Source: Bispira polyomma
Lineage: Eukaryota
Direction: 5' to 3'
Assembly (NCBI GenBank): GCA_965649765.1
Contig: OZ287750.1
Span: forward strand, 101,060,001 to 101,124,000
DNA: 64,000 nucleotides
This document shows, one piece after another, positions 51,125 to 62,442 of this stretch. The stretch's first letter is position 1. Every line of letters begins with the position of its first letter. A model generated the notes under the pieces. It did not search any database. It was not told where the DNA came from and saw only the letters and a list, made by a program, of their open reading frames with translations. Both the position numbers and the translations under genes were made by a program.

Positions 51125-52543
51125 CTAAAGTAACTGCTGCATCAGATGTGAACTAGTCCAACAGAATGTCACTTTCATTAAAGTCTGGAACCTGTCATTA
51201 CCACTCCAGCTGGAGCCTTCTTCACTGGTGTTGGTTGATACGGATTGTGACTCCTGCTCTGGCACAACCCGCATATTAGAGCTGGGATTTAACTCTTGAG
51301 AGAATAATGATTTACAGCATTGGACAGGACCAAATTGCTGTGGTCCTTTTGACATTATATATTGTAGAATGTGTGTTACTAGTTGAAGAACTGGTTTACC
51401 CGTGATTCTACCGGAATTCAAATTAATAAGCTTGCTGAAAACAGACTTAAGAGTTTCCATCATCCTAAGTCCATATAGAGACTCAATTGCACGGTAAGGT
51501 GTCTCAGTATGAAATGCATGTAAATAATTTTCACCACAAGGAACTGACAAAAGTTTAGCATGCACTCTCAGCCCCTGACGTATTTCCTTGCTGCTAATTG
51601 ATACATTTTCGATAATATCTTCAATTGTGTTGGTACTCCCCAAGGGCACTAGTGCATGTTCCAGAAATCCAGTAATAATTTGCCTCCTATGAACATTCTC
51701 CTCCAAGCCAGACCCACCACAAGGCTGATTCTGGTAACATTCTCTCCCCAGTTGAAAATAATGTTCAGCTCTGGTAAGTAACTTGTGGCTCCCATTTGAT
51801 TTTTGTTGTCTGGCCAATGCCAAGAAGAAATCACCCTCCCCTCACTTTATTTCTGCTGTCCAAGCACTTTCGGTCACATGACTGATGTATTGCTTGGCAA
51901 TCTTCAGGTGGTCATAGGATTTTCCAAGTTTGTTGGGCTCTTTCAAGTAACACTTGTGAAGATACAAATGTATGGTGCACAAAATATAGTTAATATCAAT
52001 GATGTTTAGTCTGTTCGGTTGGATCACTTCCTGATCAATTCTCTTCAGTTGTTTTTTCACCTGAGACAAATTCTCTGATTCTATGGTAATTGCTATTTTT
52101 ATAATGTGATAGAAAACTCCAAGATCATCACTCTTGGAAAGACTTGTAGCCATCAAAGTACGTCCCCTGTCATAATTCTGCAGCATGTAACAACAGCTGT
52201 ATGGAGACATCATTGAGAAATGCCCAGTGACAAGGATTTTAGACACTCCCCTTGTAATACTTGCCACACTTTGACATGGCGTTTCATTCTCGTCACTGAA
52301 CTCACTGCTCCCTTCACCACCTGATTCCGATTCTTCACAAGTTGGCTTTTTACAACTCCTTTTCTTTCTGAGAGGTCTGTGCCCACGATTTTCTTTGATT
52401 TCAAAGTTTGGTATTGCACTATAAAATTTATAATTTCCAAGCTGGTGGATATATTGAAGTGGGTCAGACAAAATATCAAAAGGAATCGCCTCAAAGGTGG
52501 TAGAAAATAGTTTTATTTTACTTTCTGCCTGGCTGTCTTTCAC
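51125..52543 (-). pseudogene. Uncharacterised ~470-codon reading frame with one in-frame TGA
   Basis: ORFs 51842..52543 and 51125..51823 are in the same frame, separated by a single stop; helical, TPR-like appearance; no family recognised. Confidence 0.55.
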
Positions 52544-52967
52544 AAATTTTGACAGCAGTTCCGTTTAATGTTTTCTGTGTTTCGCCCTGATCAAATTTAC
52601 TGTCACCCCATCAAAACTTAAAATTTATACGTTTTTTTGGCATGATCGAACTGGCCAGAGTAGGACAGAATTTATTGACTATTGGATCTGCCAGGGGAGG
52701 TAAAGGATCGAACGGGAGCAGTATACGATCGAACTTACTACCATTAGGTTGTGACTATTCACTCCTGACCAGTAGGATCAAACTTATGCTTGGGTATAAA
52801 AACATCCCGGCAGTAAGGGACTTATTGTATTTGGGGATTGCTGGCTGGTTAATTGTGTTGTATTTTTTGTAGCTTTGAGGATTTTTATTGTTTTTAATTA
52901 TTGTATGTACTGAGTTTAGGGAAAGTTTTAAATCTTAGGTTTTTTTTTCAACACAACATTAATAAAG

Positions 52968-54200
52968 ATGCATAGATAAAAGACAATTAAGAGGAAGATT
53001 GAACCAGAGAGGGAGAAGGAGAAAGAGACAGAGAGAGACTTTGAGGTTGGAGTTTTAACAGATGAGCTAAAGGCACAGAGAAAGAGGAAGGATCAGAGGG
53101 CAAGTCTGGCACCCAGTGACAAGAGTGACAGAGAGGGATCATCGGAGTCATCTCAGTATAGAGGTCGCATGAAGAAGGCCGTTAAGATGGCACATGTGAT
53201 CCTCACCGAGGCAGATGAGGAGGCCGTAGTGGATTTCATCAGGGATAATGAGGTGTTATACCACAAGAGGCACGAGCAGTTTAAAGACTGTTTTTTGAGA
53301 AAGAGGCTCTGGGAAGAGTTTTCAACCAGTCGCGGCCTCAAGATGACAGACGTCAAGACATGGTTCAAATCACAATGTATCCACTTTGGCAAGCTGATGG
53401 CCAAGAAGTCACGACAAGGAGCCCCAGATTTCACAGAGAGGGAGAACTGGCTCCTCAGCCCTTCTCATTCGTGGGATCCCACAGTGTATCATGTCAAGTT
53501 GTCGGCTTTTAAGCCAGGAGTCACATCCACACAGGGAGCTTTTCCATAGCATCAGGCAGAAGCCATGACTTGTCAAGGTGTTCGAATATTGGGGTAGACA
53601 GTGCCACAGAGACCAGTTTGAGGAGTGCCCAGAGAAGTTCTCCACCCCATCAGACCTCAGCACCAGGCTCATGCAGCACCTTAGCCAGATGGGGACCATG
53701 ATGTCCAGCTTTGTGGGAGAAACTCAGAAGCCACAGAAGCCCCAGTCGAACAGTACTGCTTTTTTCTAGTACCTGGCAGCAGAAGCTGAGAAGTTATACG
53801 GGGGTGACTTCTAGAACTTTTACAACGAGACATTCGCAAGATACAGCGTGAGAAAAGTTAGCCACGTGCTTTCGTGAGGACAATCCCCAGTTTTACACAG
53901 TCAAGACCGCCCGTTTTAGCTTATGTCCCGCAGCAGCTACAGCAGCATATGCCGCAGCCCCATCCTCAGCATCCTCCACAGCATTCAGTTTTTGTGTTGG
54001 ATACACCTACCTCGTCTCAGGCTGGCCAACTGCAGAAACAGCTACCTTACTACATTTTGGATGACATTACAGGGGGTTCTACAAAGGTGAAGCTTGCTAG
54101 CCCTTTACCCATTAAACAGTTCTCTAACCCCGTCCAATGCATCGACGTTGAAGAATCAGCTCACAACACCTCCTCGTTATCTACATTTTTCAAAAGTTAA
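52968..54200 (+). pseudogene. Harbinger accessory Myb/SANT-like (MADF) DNA-binding protein
   Basis: EEAVVDFIRDNEVLYHKRHEQFKD..RKRLWEEF...VKTWFKS pattern, convergent with the transposase. Confidence 0.8.
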
Positions 54201-55519
54201 CCAGGAAATACCCTGAGACTTTGGAAATGTTCAGCATATCAGTAGCCCCACCCCAATCAGGAATTGTTTTAACTGCCTGCCTGTGATCCCCAGCTTGGAC
54301 CATTTGAAACTATTACAGCTTATCACATCAACATTCAACAACTCAGCAATCAGAAGCAGCAGTATCAACAGCTTGGAACGATCATCCAGGAACAGCCCCA
54401 CATCCCACCCGCTTTAGAGTTGAAGCCACCTTCACCTCCACAGGCAACACCACCGCAGTAGCCAGTCAGCAATCTCCAGGCGGTCCTTTTCAGACCGCCA
54501 TTCGTCCAAACTTCCGGCCCTTTTCAGTGCCACCCAAATCCTCCAAGAACAATATCTAAGCCTGTTGTTAAAAATTCCAAACAAACAGATTACACTGTCC
54601 CCTCAAAAACAATTCACACATACAGACAGAAATAAAAATATCATTGGCCCAGAGTCCCAAACCCAAAATATAAGCCCAAACAAATACATTACACCGTCCC
54701 CTCAAAAATAATTGCTACACATACAGACAGAAGTTATAAAACCAAAAAGTTCAAACCAAAAAGTAAAAATTAAATGACAATAAAAGTCCCAGTAAAAACA
54801 GAAACAAAGAAAACCCCAAATGATTACTAAATTAAAGGAGAAGCCCCTATTTCCATAGCATTTTTTTTTTTTGTTTAATAATAAGAGAAAAGAAATGATT
54901 TAGAAATAATTTAGAAAAAAGAAATGAGAAACTCTTTGTAACCCCATATTTTGCAGTTGTGCAATACAAATAGTTTCTCATAGACAAAAAAAATCTGAGA
55001 TCTTCCTCTTCCAAACAAGTGGTCACACCACTTTTTGTTTGAACACAATTTTGTTCCCAAACAAGTGGTCACACAAATGACAAATTTAAAGAAAATGATC
55101 TAGTACACTGAATGGCCCATGAACTATCTGTTGCTGGGGAATCTTTAGGTTATATATTACGGGGGTCCCTGTAGGAATTTATAATGTCAGTGTAAGGCCT
55201 TGGGTTCGAATCTTTTTCAATGTGTTTCAGTGTGTGTTTGGGTCAAAAATATTTGATTTTTGGTGGGAATCTACTATGTTTCTATGGTGGGGCAAAAAGT
55301 ACTACATGTATGGGCGCTGGGTTTGAACTTTATGAAGTGTGTTTTGTGAGATATAATTGATTAAGAGGGTGAAGGGGTGGGGTGTAACAACAAGCTTTGA
55401 AAATGTTCTTAGAATATTTTGGTAGTCCTGAAAAGGACCTTTTTTGCTTGCAGCTACTGCGACATTTCAGGCTCGGGATAGCTTCTCATCAGGCTCAGGT
55501 GGTTAGGCTCAGGCTCAGG

Positions 55520-56305
55520 TCAAACTTCATATTCTCTCGTTTTGCCACTTGACTGCACCATCATTCATCAAAGTATCCCTTTGGTCTTTGGCCCCTCTTT
55601 GGATCTCTGTCGTTGGCCAATTGATTCCCCACCAGCTGCTTCTCAGGCTCAGGCGGATCATCTTGAGGATTTGGGTGCTCCAGTGCTGGGTTACCACAGT
55701 GGCTTCTTAGAATGTTGTGTAATATAACACACGTTAACGTAATGTTTGAGGCCACTAAAGGATGTTGTTGCATGGTTGACAGTAGAACCTGGAACCTGCT
55801 GACCAATATTCCGAAGGCATTCTCGAGGAACCTCCTTCCCCTGGATATTCTGTAGTCACATATCCTTTGCTCGTTAGCCAGTGGTCTCCTGGAATATGGT
55901 TTTATCAACCAGGACTTCAGGGCTAAGGCGTTGTCCCCCCAGCACAAAGTAGTTGACATCACCTCTGGATCCTTCAAACAGTGGTGCAGATCCACTAACT
56001 TTTGTTTGAGTTCTGAGTTCTGAGTAGTCAGCATTAACCAGGGCCAACAGCACAATCTAATTGAAACCTTTAGAGTTAAAAAATTCACTCCCAGCCATCG
56101 GAGGTTTATCGATGGCTACATGTTTCCCGTCAATGGAGCCCACAGTGTGAGGGATCTTGCATCGGTTTCTGTAGACTTCTTCCCGTTTCATCCAGTCTGC
56201 GGGGAAGGTTGGGCAGGCCAGATTTTCTGTCTCATATTCTTGGATGATGGCCTTACAGATCTCTGGGATAAACTTGGTGATGCTTGATTTCCCCACCCTG
56301 GGCAT
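55520..56305 (-). pseudogene. PIF/Harbinger DDE transposase (HARBI1-like), 5'-truncated
   Basis: GSIDGKHVAI..P..GSEFFNSKGF, GDNALAL..WLIKPY, YRISRGRR..ENAFGILVSRF, CVILHN. Confidence 0.93.
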
Positions 56306-56945
56306 TTGCCACCTTGGTTGCCGTGCAGGTAGATAGATACCATCTCACTTGTCTCGAAAAATCTGCTCCAGATCAGCTAAGGACCAAGATTATGGCTAGT
56401 ATTAACAAAGATTCTTATTCTTAGAATTGAGGAATAACACATGACAAGGCATGCTATGCGCTAATTTTGACCATAATTGGAGACATAGTAACACAAAGAC
56501 CAAGCCTAAGTTTTTCTATGGCTCCAAGAGTGGTAAAAATTACTGTATACCATCCACTGGAATGTGTTATTCCTATTCTAACTTATTAAAAAATTAAACT
56601 ATCACATGATCCAGCTATTTTTACTGCAAAATTACATTATGGAAGGAACTATACCCACTGGGCATTCTGTACACTACAGACAAAATTAGTTCATTTACGT
56701 TCATGGGTATATCGTTATTTTTACCAAAGCTTTCGGCCAAACAGCTATGTCATGTTAGCATTACAGTTATTCTTACAATGTTACTGAGAAATGTTTGACA
56801 AAAATTTAAAAAATGACATTCTTAAAATTGTTTTATTCGTTTGTGTTTTATTCTTCTTATATAAATAAATCCACACCTATATAACATCACACACATATGT
56901 ATTGTGGTACCGGCTGCTACTTTTATTGGTAGGATAACATATATG

Positions 56946-57359
56946 GGCAAAACGTGTACACACGTTTGCCTAGTGGCTCGGGTGACCAATTCAAATGGCC
57001 ATCCTCTGTCACTGGGTCCTATCCTCAGTGGCAAGCAAAAATCCTTGTGGAAATTGATACATGGTCATCCTTAAGCCTCTCTCTTCAGTTAAGGGAATGA
57101 CTGTAACTAAGGCATTTGAATGTTAAATGGGTTAATTAGTGCTCTGAATATGAGATGAAGGTAGATATATGCACTGAGTATCTATATATATATACGAATA
57201 TTATAAATATGTATGCATACAGTAGTGTTTTTTTCTCTCTCTGTTTGTTGAACAGTGCAAATTTTAGCTGAAAGAAAAATTTAATAATTCACAATATTTG
57301 AGAAGTTCAGTGGAATTTCTTTTCATTGATGGTTATTTATGTAGTAAAAATATCAATAC
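56946..57359 (+). repeat. Dispersed SINE-like repeat, family 2, copy 2
   Basis: Aligns with 39095-39527. Confidence 0.7.
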
Positions 57360-58559
57360 CTGAAAATTCTTAGAATATTCTTAGAATACAACTCTCAACA
57401 TTTTTTTAGTATTAGTCAATCCTATTTTTTTAAACAATATTTCAGCCAAGCAAATTTGTTGAGACAAAAATTTAAGACTCTCAAGAATCTGTAAAGAATA
57501 AAAACCCAAAAACCTCTCATAGGAGTTTACAATAATATTATTCTATGAGGTAACTAATTGTGATCTCTAGTTAATAAAATAATTACTAATTCCATGCGAT
57601 TTCGGTAGAGGAATTGGGGACGGTACAAGGAATAATTGATTCATTTTGGTATAGATCTTGGTAGAAGGGTGCAGATGCATCGCATTAGTGGATTTTTATC
57701 AATTTTGCATTATATAAATGTTTCTATTATTATTATTATTAATATTCACCAAAGTTACAATTGTTTACTACTCTTATTAATTTTAATTGCAACCCTATAT
57801 ATTCTTTTAGCTTCAACCTTAAATCCTTTGTAACCATGAAGCCGGAAATAGTAAAATCACCATATATGTGCATCACTATAGTGTATTTGTTTCTGTGTGT
57901 GGATCTCTATTGTTTCTAACAAGGCTTTTTATGTGTGTGTGTGCATTTCTGTCATGGATTTTTAGTTACAAACCCAAGAATCTGTAAAGAATAAAAACCC
58001 AAAAACCTCTCATAGCAACATTAACTTTAAATATAATCAACTGATCGAATCAAGACATGGTCCCCAGATCATGATCTTTCAAAACTTACACCAGATCATC
58101 CTTTGGGACAGCCACTTCACTGCTCAAGTTTGGATTCGACAGTTTAACTAGCTTTAGTGTTGGAAATCACATCCATTGATAGAAGAGTGTCTGGATGCTA
58201 AATATTGTTAATATCTACAATTGTTTTAATAAGTTTATCTATTCAAACTTCCTTAAATTGCATCAGAAACACTTACTAAAATCCCTAAATATGAGGTCTA
58301 GCACCTCTTCCAATACCAATGGATGAACAAATTAACGAATCACAATAGGGGTGCCGCAAAATGGTGCCGGGTTCCACCTCCAAATCCAACTCCACCTCCA
58401 GCATTTAGTATGTACCTACGTTTTATTATTCTTTTAACTGTCATTTCATAAAATGACCAGCAAAAATTGTTAAATTTTGATTATCCTTTTGCCAGTGTCT
58501 GTTGGTTGTCAGTAGGGTATTACTCAGCTACTGAAATGTTTTACATGAAATTTGGAGGG

Positions 58560-58772
58560 ACCTACAAGTTATACGCGTCTGCTTTAAAATCAATTGCCTC
58601 TTACCTCTGGGGATCGAATCCCACAGATTCCTTTATCATGTAACAAAGCTTGCCAGGTACTTTCCATATGTCGGTGGTTTAGAGTGCTTCAGCATTGGTT
58701 TCTTCCACCACTAATCTTGGCCGTTACAATATGACTAAAGCTGTTGAAAGCGATGTAAAATCAAAATAAATA
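58560..58772 (+). mobile_element. Degenerate tRNA-derived SINE (Meta-type core, by recollection)
   Basis: B box GGATCGAATCCC, GTCGGTGGTT...TCTTCCACCA...CTGTTGAAAGCGATGTAAA and an A-rich tail. Confidence 0.55.
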
Positions 58773-58829
58773 CATGAAATTTGGTGAAAAAACAGGGTGT
58801 GATTTAAAATAAATTCATTACATTTCTTA

Positions 58830-59100
58830 TCAGATCCAGGCAGAAACTCAAATTAGTTTGGTCACTTTGGTGCCTTTGACGGAGCTATGCACTCTATTGA
58901 ACCATCAGTTCATAAGTCAAAAAAGCATTTCAACAATAGTATCTCATGTGATGCTCCTATACTGTGTAATCATTTTCATCATCATCTTCGCACCGCCTCC
59001 TCACTTACCTGTTTAAAAATATGCGCCAAACCTACCTATTTGGCAATGCTTTTCCACCTTACTCCCCTACCATTTTCCACATCTCTGCAGTCATAACCCT
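58830..59100 (+). mobile_element. L2-like LINE 3' end
   Basis: SISCDAPILCN...LRTASSLTCLK...TYLFGNAF matches the L2 ORF2 C-terminal pattern. Confidence 0.6.
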
Positions 59101-60688
59101 GTACTGCATACTGTTCCTGAATAGGCCTGTGTTCTAATGAATTATATCACAATCATATCGGATAATATTTGTGATATTCATAAATCTCCCATATTTTATC
59201 AAATAAACTGAGTCAAATTAAAATAACTGATTTAAAAATAACTTATTTGGTGTAGTTTGTTTAAACAAATAGAAGGCTTCTGAAGCTTGATTTCAATTTG
59301 CCTGTTATTAAGTATTGAAGGTTTGAGATATTAACACTGATTACGAAACATGGGCTTATGTTTTATAAACTAAACAATTAAAACCAGCTTTCAAACTTTA
59401 AAATAGTTTTCTTTGAAAAATACATCTATTACTTGATTGTGTTTGGTTGTCTTGAGAATTATGGTCATTTCGCTGGACATTCTGAAGTGAATGAGTGCTT
59501 TATGGCCAGCGTCAGATGTCAGTTTCTTCTTGCTGGCAGGTGTACATGACACTCATTAGGATTTCCCACCGGAGCCAAATTTTCCCACAAAAATTGTTTA
59601 GTTGGGAGGCTGGTTTTCCTTCCAACCTCATTCAGAAGCTGGAGGTTGTAGAGGAAACAACTAAAATTACTGTGTACAATTGGAAACGTATTTTAAAAAA
59701 GACATTTACACATTTTAGAGTTACGTTTTATGTACAATTTTTTTTAGTGCCGTAACTTTACATACATGCCAGTGTAGTTACTGCCTGTATCACAAAAATG
59801 GATAGAATATAGTGAATATGGGACGTAAACAATGTTACACCAGAAGTAGTGCGCGTGATAACTGTAACAAGTGCAAGAAAAGTCACAGATTGCCAGTAGG
59901 TGACGAATGTCAACGAGCGGGTGCGGATAGTTCAGGGTCATCTATGGGTGAACAGTTGAACAAACCCAGGTCAAGGGACGTCTGCTCAGCACGAAGTAAG
60001 AAGCCAGGCGACGTACGTTACCTTTAACTTGACAGTAGCAGATGAATCCCAGGCCCAAGCTAGGGCTAGAGGGAAGTCCAGAAAAAAACTAACAAAGAAG
60101 AGGGTGCAGAATGGTGATGTGATGGCAAAGCTGGACCTGGTGCTAGAGAGGTTTGGTCAGTTGGAGGAGAGAGTTGCCAGACAGGAGGAGAAGAATGGGA
60201 CTGGCTTATCAATCGCCACATGCCCATCGGCGCACAGCTCACCAAAAAGGAAGGCACTGTCGCTGGGACAAGGATACCAACAATGGACTTCTTACGACAT
60301 GACTCAATAATACAGGACGAAGTTGACAAAAGGCTTAGGATGTATCAAGATACAATATAACAGGTATTTTTGTCAGCTAGAAACTGTTGAAATATGGTAG
60401 ATTGAGAGTAGCTGATGAAAAGGTAAAAGTAGCAGTGACATGGCCACATGAATACTGCATAATGAATGACAACATGAAAATGCCCTCATATGAGGACCTT
60501 ACATTATGTCAATGGGTTCAGGGGTTTGCTAAATGTGTCCCAGAAGAAACTGAGGTAGAAGTTAGGAAAAATATGTTACAATGTCAATATCTTTTGATGT
60601 AAGACGCAATTGATTTGTCTTGGCCCACGGCAAAAAGGGCTCATGCAGCTTACTTACTAAAATTGAGCGAGGTCTTTTGAGTTAGGAT

Positions 60689-60906
60689 TTGAATTGAGAT
60701 ATTTAACGTCCACTCTAGTACCTTTTAGTAGGTTTTATTGGGATGGGTAGTTGGAATGTTGGAGGAAACACTGTGTACACTTGATCAAGGTTCTACACTG
60801 AAACCAGTGGCCCACAGTAAGGAACTACCACCTTTCCCACATAGGCATCAACGGGATTCGAACTCACACCAGCTGATCCCAGAGGTGAGAGACCAGTGAT
60901 TGTGAA
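60689..60906 (-). mobile_element. SINE family 1 (5'-truncated) inserted in element I gag
   Basis: Matches 28362-28565; imperfect TSD TTTTGAG(T/C)TAGGA on both sides. Confidence 0.88.
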
Positions 60907-61662
60907 GCTTTTTGAGCTAGGAAGATCTAGGGAAATAGTTAGAGTACGTCAAAGGTTTACTCAAAGATCCATCGAATACTAACCCCCCACAATGCCAACA
61001 CAGGTGCTTATAATGGCCAAAGTAGAGATAGGGATTATAGCAACCAAAGCAAGGTGGCAGTATGCCCGAAATATGCAAAAGGCCTATGTAAATTTGAGGG
61101 GGACCATTACCTGGGGGGAAAAAGGATAGAACAGCGAGTTCGGTGTTAGAAATGACTTCGTTCCCAGGCGTCAGAAAAAAGTCCCTTTATAATGATTGCA
61201 AAATATCAAATCAGCAAGTGAACAACAACACGTTCATGGGAAATATATTTTGGCAGAGTGAGCACCTGGAAAATTGTACAGGTTCATGGTGTAGTAAGAG
61301 TCCCACATGGGGCAGGGAAAGGGAAACTCGCACTGGGAAAGAAGTAGAAGTATGTAATGTTTCAAAGAGTTATAGCATAGTATGTTCTGTTTCAGAAATA
61401 AGTAGAGTGGACTATAGTGTGTTCAGTGGGTCGTGAACTGGTGAGTTAGAATCCAGAAAAGGCACAAGTATTTTGGTGTTTAATAATAAATAGTACAGAG
61501 GAAGCTCAAAGGCACACAAACACAAGCACTTTCACAACAAATGTTTAGTTTTACATGTCACAGGGAGAGCAGAGTTCAACAGGTAGTTTTAGTGTCAAGG
61601 ATATAGTACAACACAATGTTACAACAATCCTAGATATAGAGGGAACACCCCAACTAGAGGGG

Positions 61663-62442
61663 TTTTTTTTATTAAATAACTTTATTTCAGTCATACATGA
61701 TGGTCCATAGAAAACAAAAAAAAAAAGAATAAGGATATATATTAATATGTACATAAATATGCACAACTATGTAAGTTGCTTAAGTATATACATCATACTA
61801 TTTTACATACATGCATGCATTCATTCCATAGAGCAATTACTTTTGAAAATTTAGACATGTAACTAAAATAATAGTTACCAATAAACTTGTTATTACAGTT
61901 CAAAATTCTGTGAAGCAAACTGGCACAGTTTATTCGAGTTATTTCTTGATAAGACCGAATTCTATGTCGGACAAACATTTCAGATGCACTGCAATAAGTT
62001 GGATACTTAAATAAAGCCCTAAAACTATTGTTGCAAGATACCACAAGCTTTTTGTAAATACTCTGTGTATATACACTCCATAAGGGACAACAATAAAAAG
62101 TGTACATATAACTTTAAAATTACGATGCAGCATAATTCCTCTGGAATAATTACTTCTTGTTTGTTTCTTTACATCTTCATCATCACATAAATTGTCTGTA
62201 ATATAGTGACCAAGGTACTTAAATTTATCAACCATTTTAATCACACTAGTTCCAAGAAGGACATGAGGAAAGGACACACTAAGTTTCCTGTCATTATTAC
62301 ATGGATATACATACAGACAGACTTGCACTCATTAAAAATAATATCATTGTTTTCACCAAATTCGTAGCAGGTATTAACAAGAGTTTGTAGGCCTTTTACA
62401 GAGGGGAAAAATAACTATATCATCAGCATATATAAGATGATT
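61663..62442 (-). mobile_element. 5'-truncated LINE (RTE-X-like) inserted in element I pol linker
   Basis: NHLIYADD RT motif, FKYLGHYI, YCCPLW...NNSFRALF..P..CSASEMFV, poly(A) with AATAAA; clade assignment tentative. Confidence 0.85.

Noticed and set aside
51842-51844. Selenocysteine UGA in the orphan frame
   Set aside because: No redox motif context or recognisable SECIS; a nonsense mutation is simpler.
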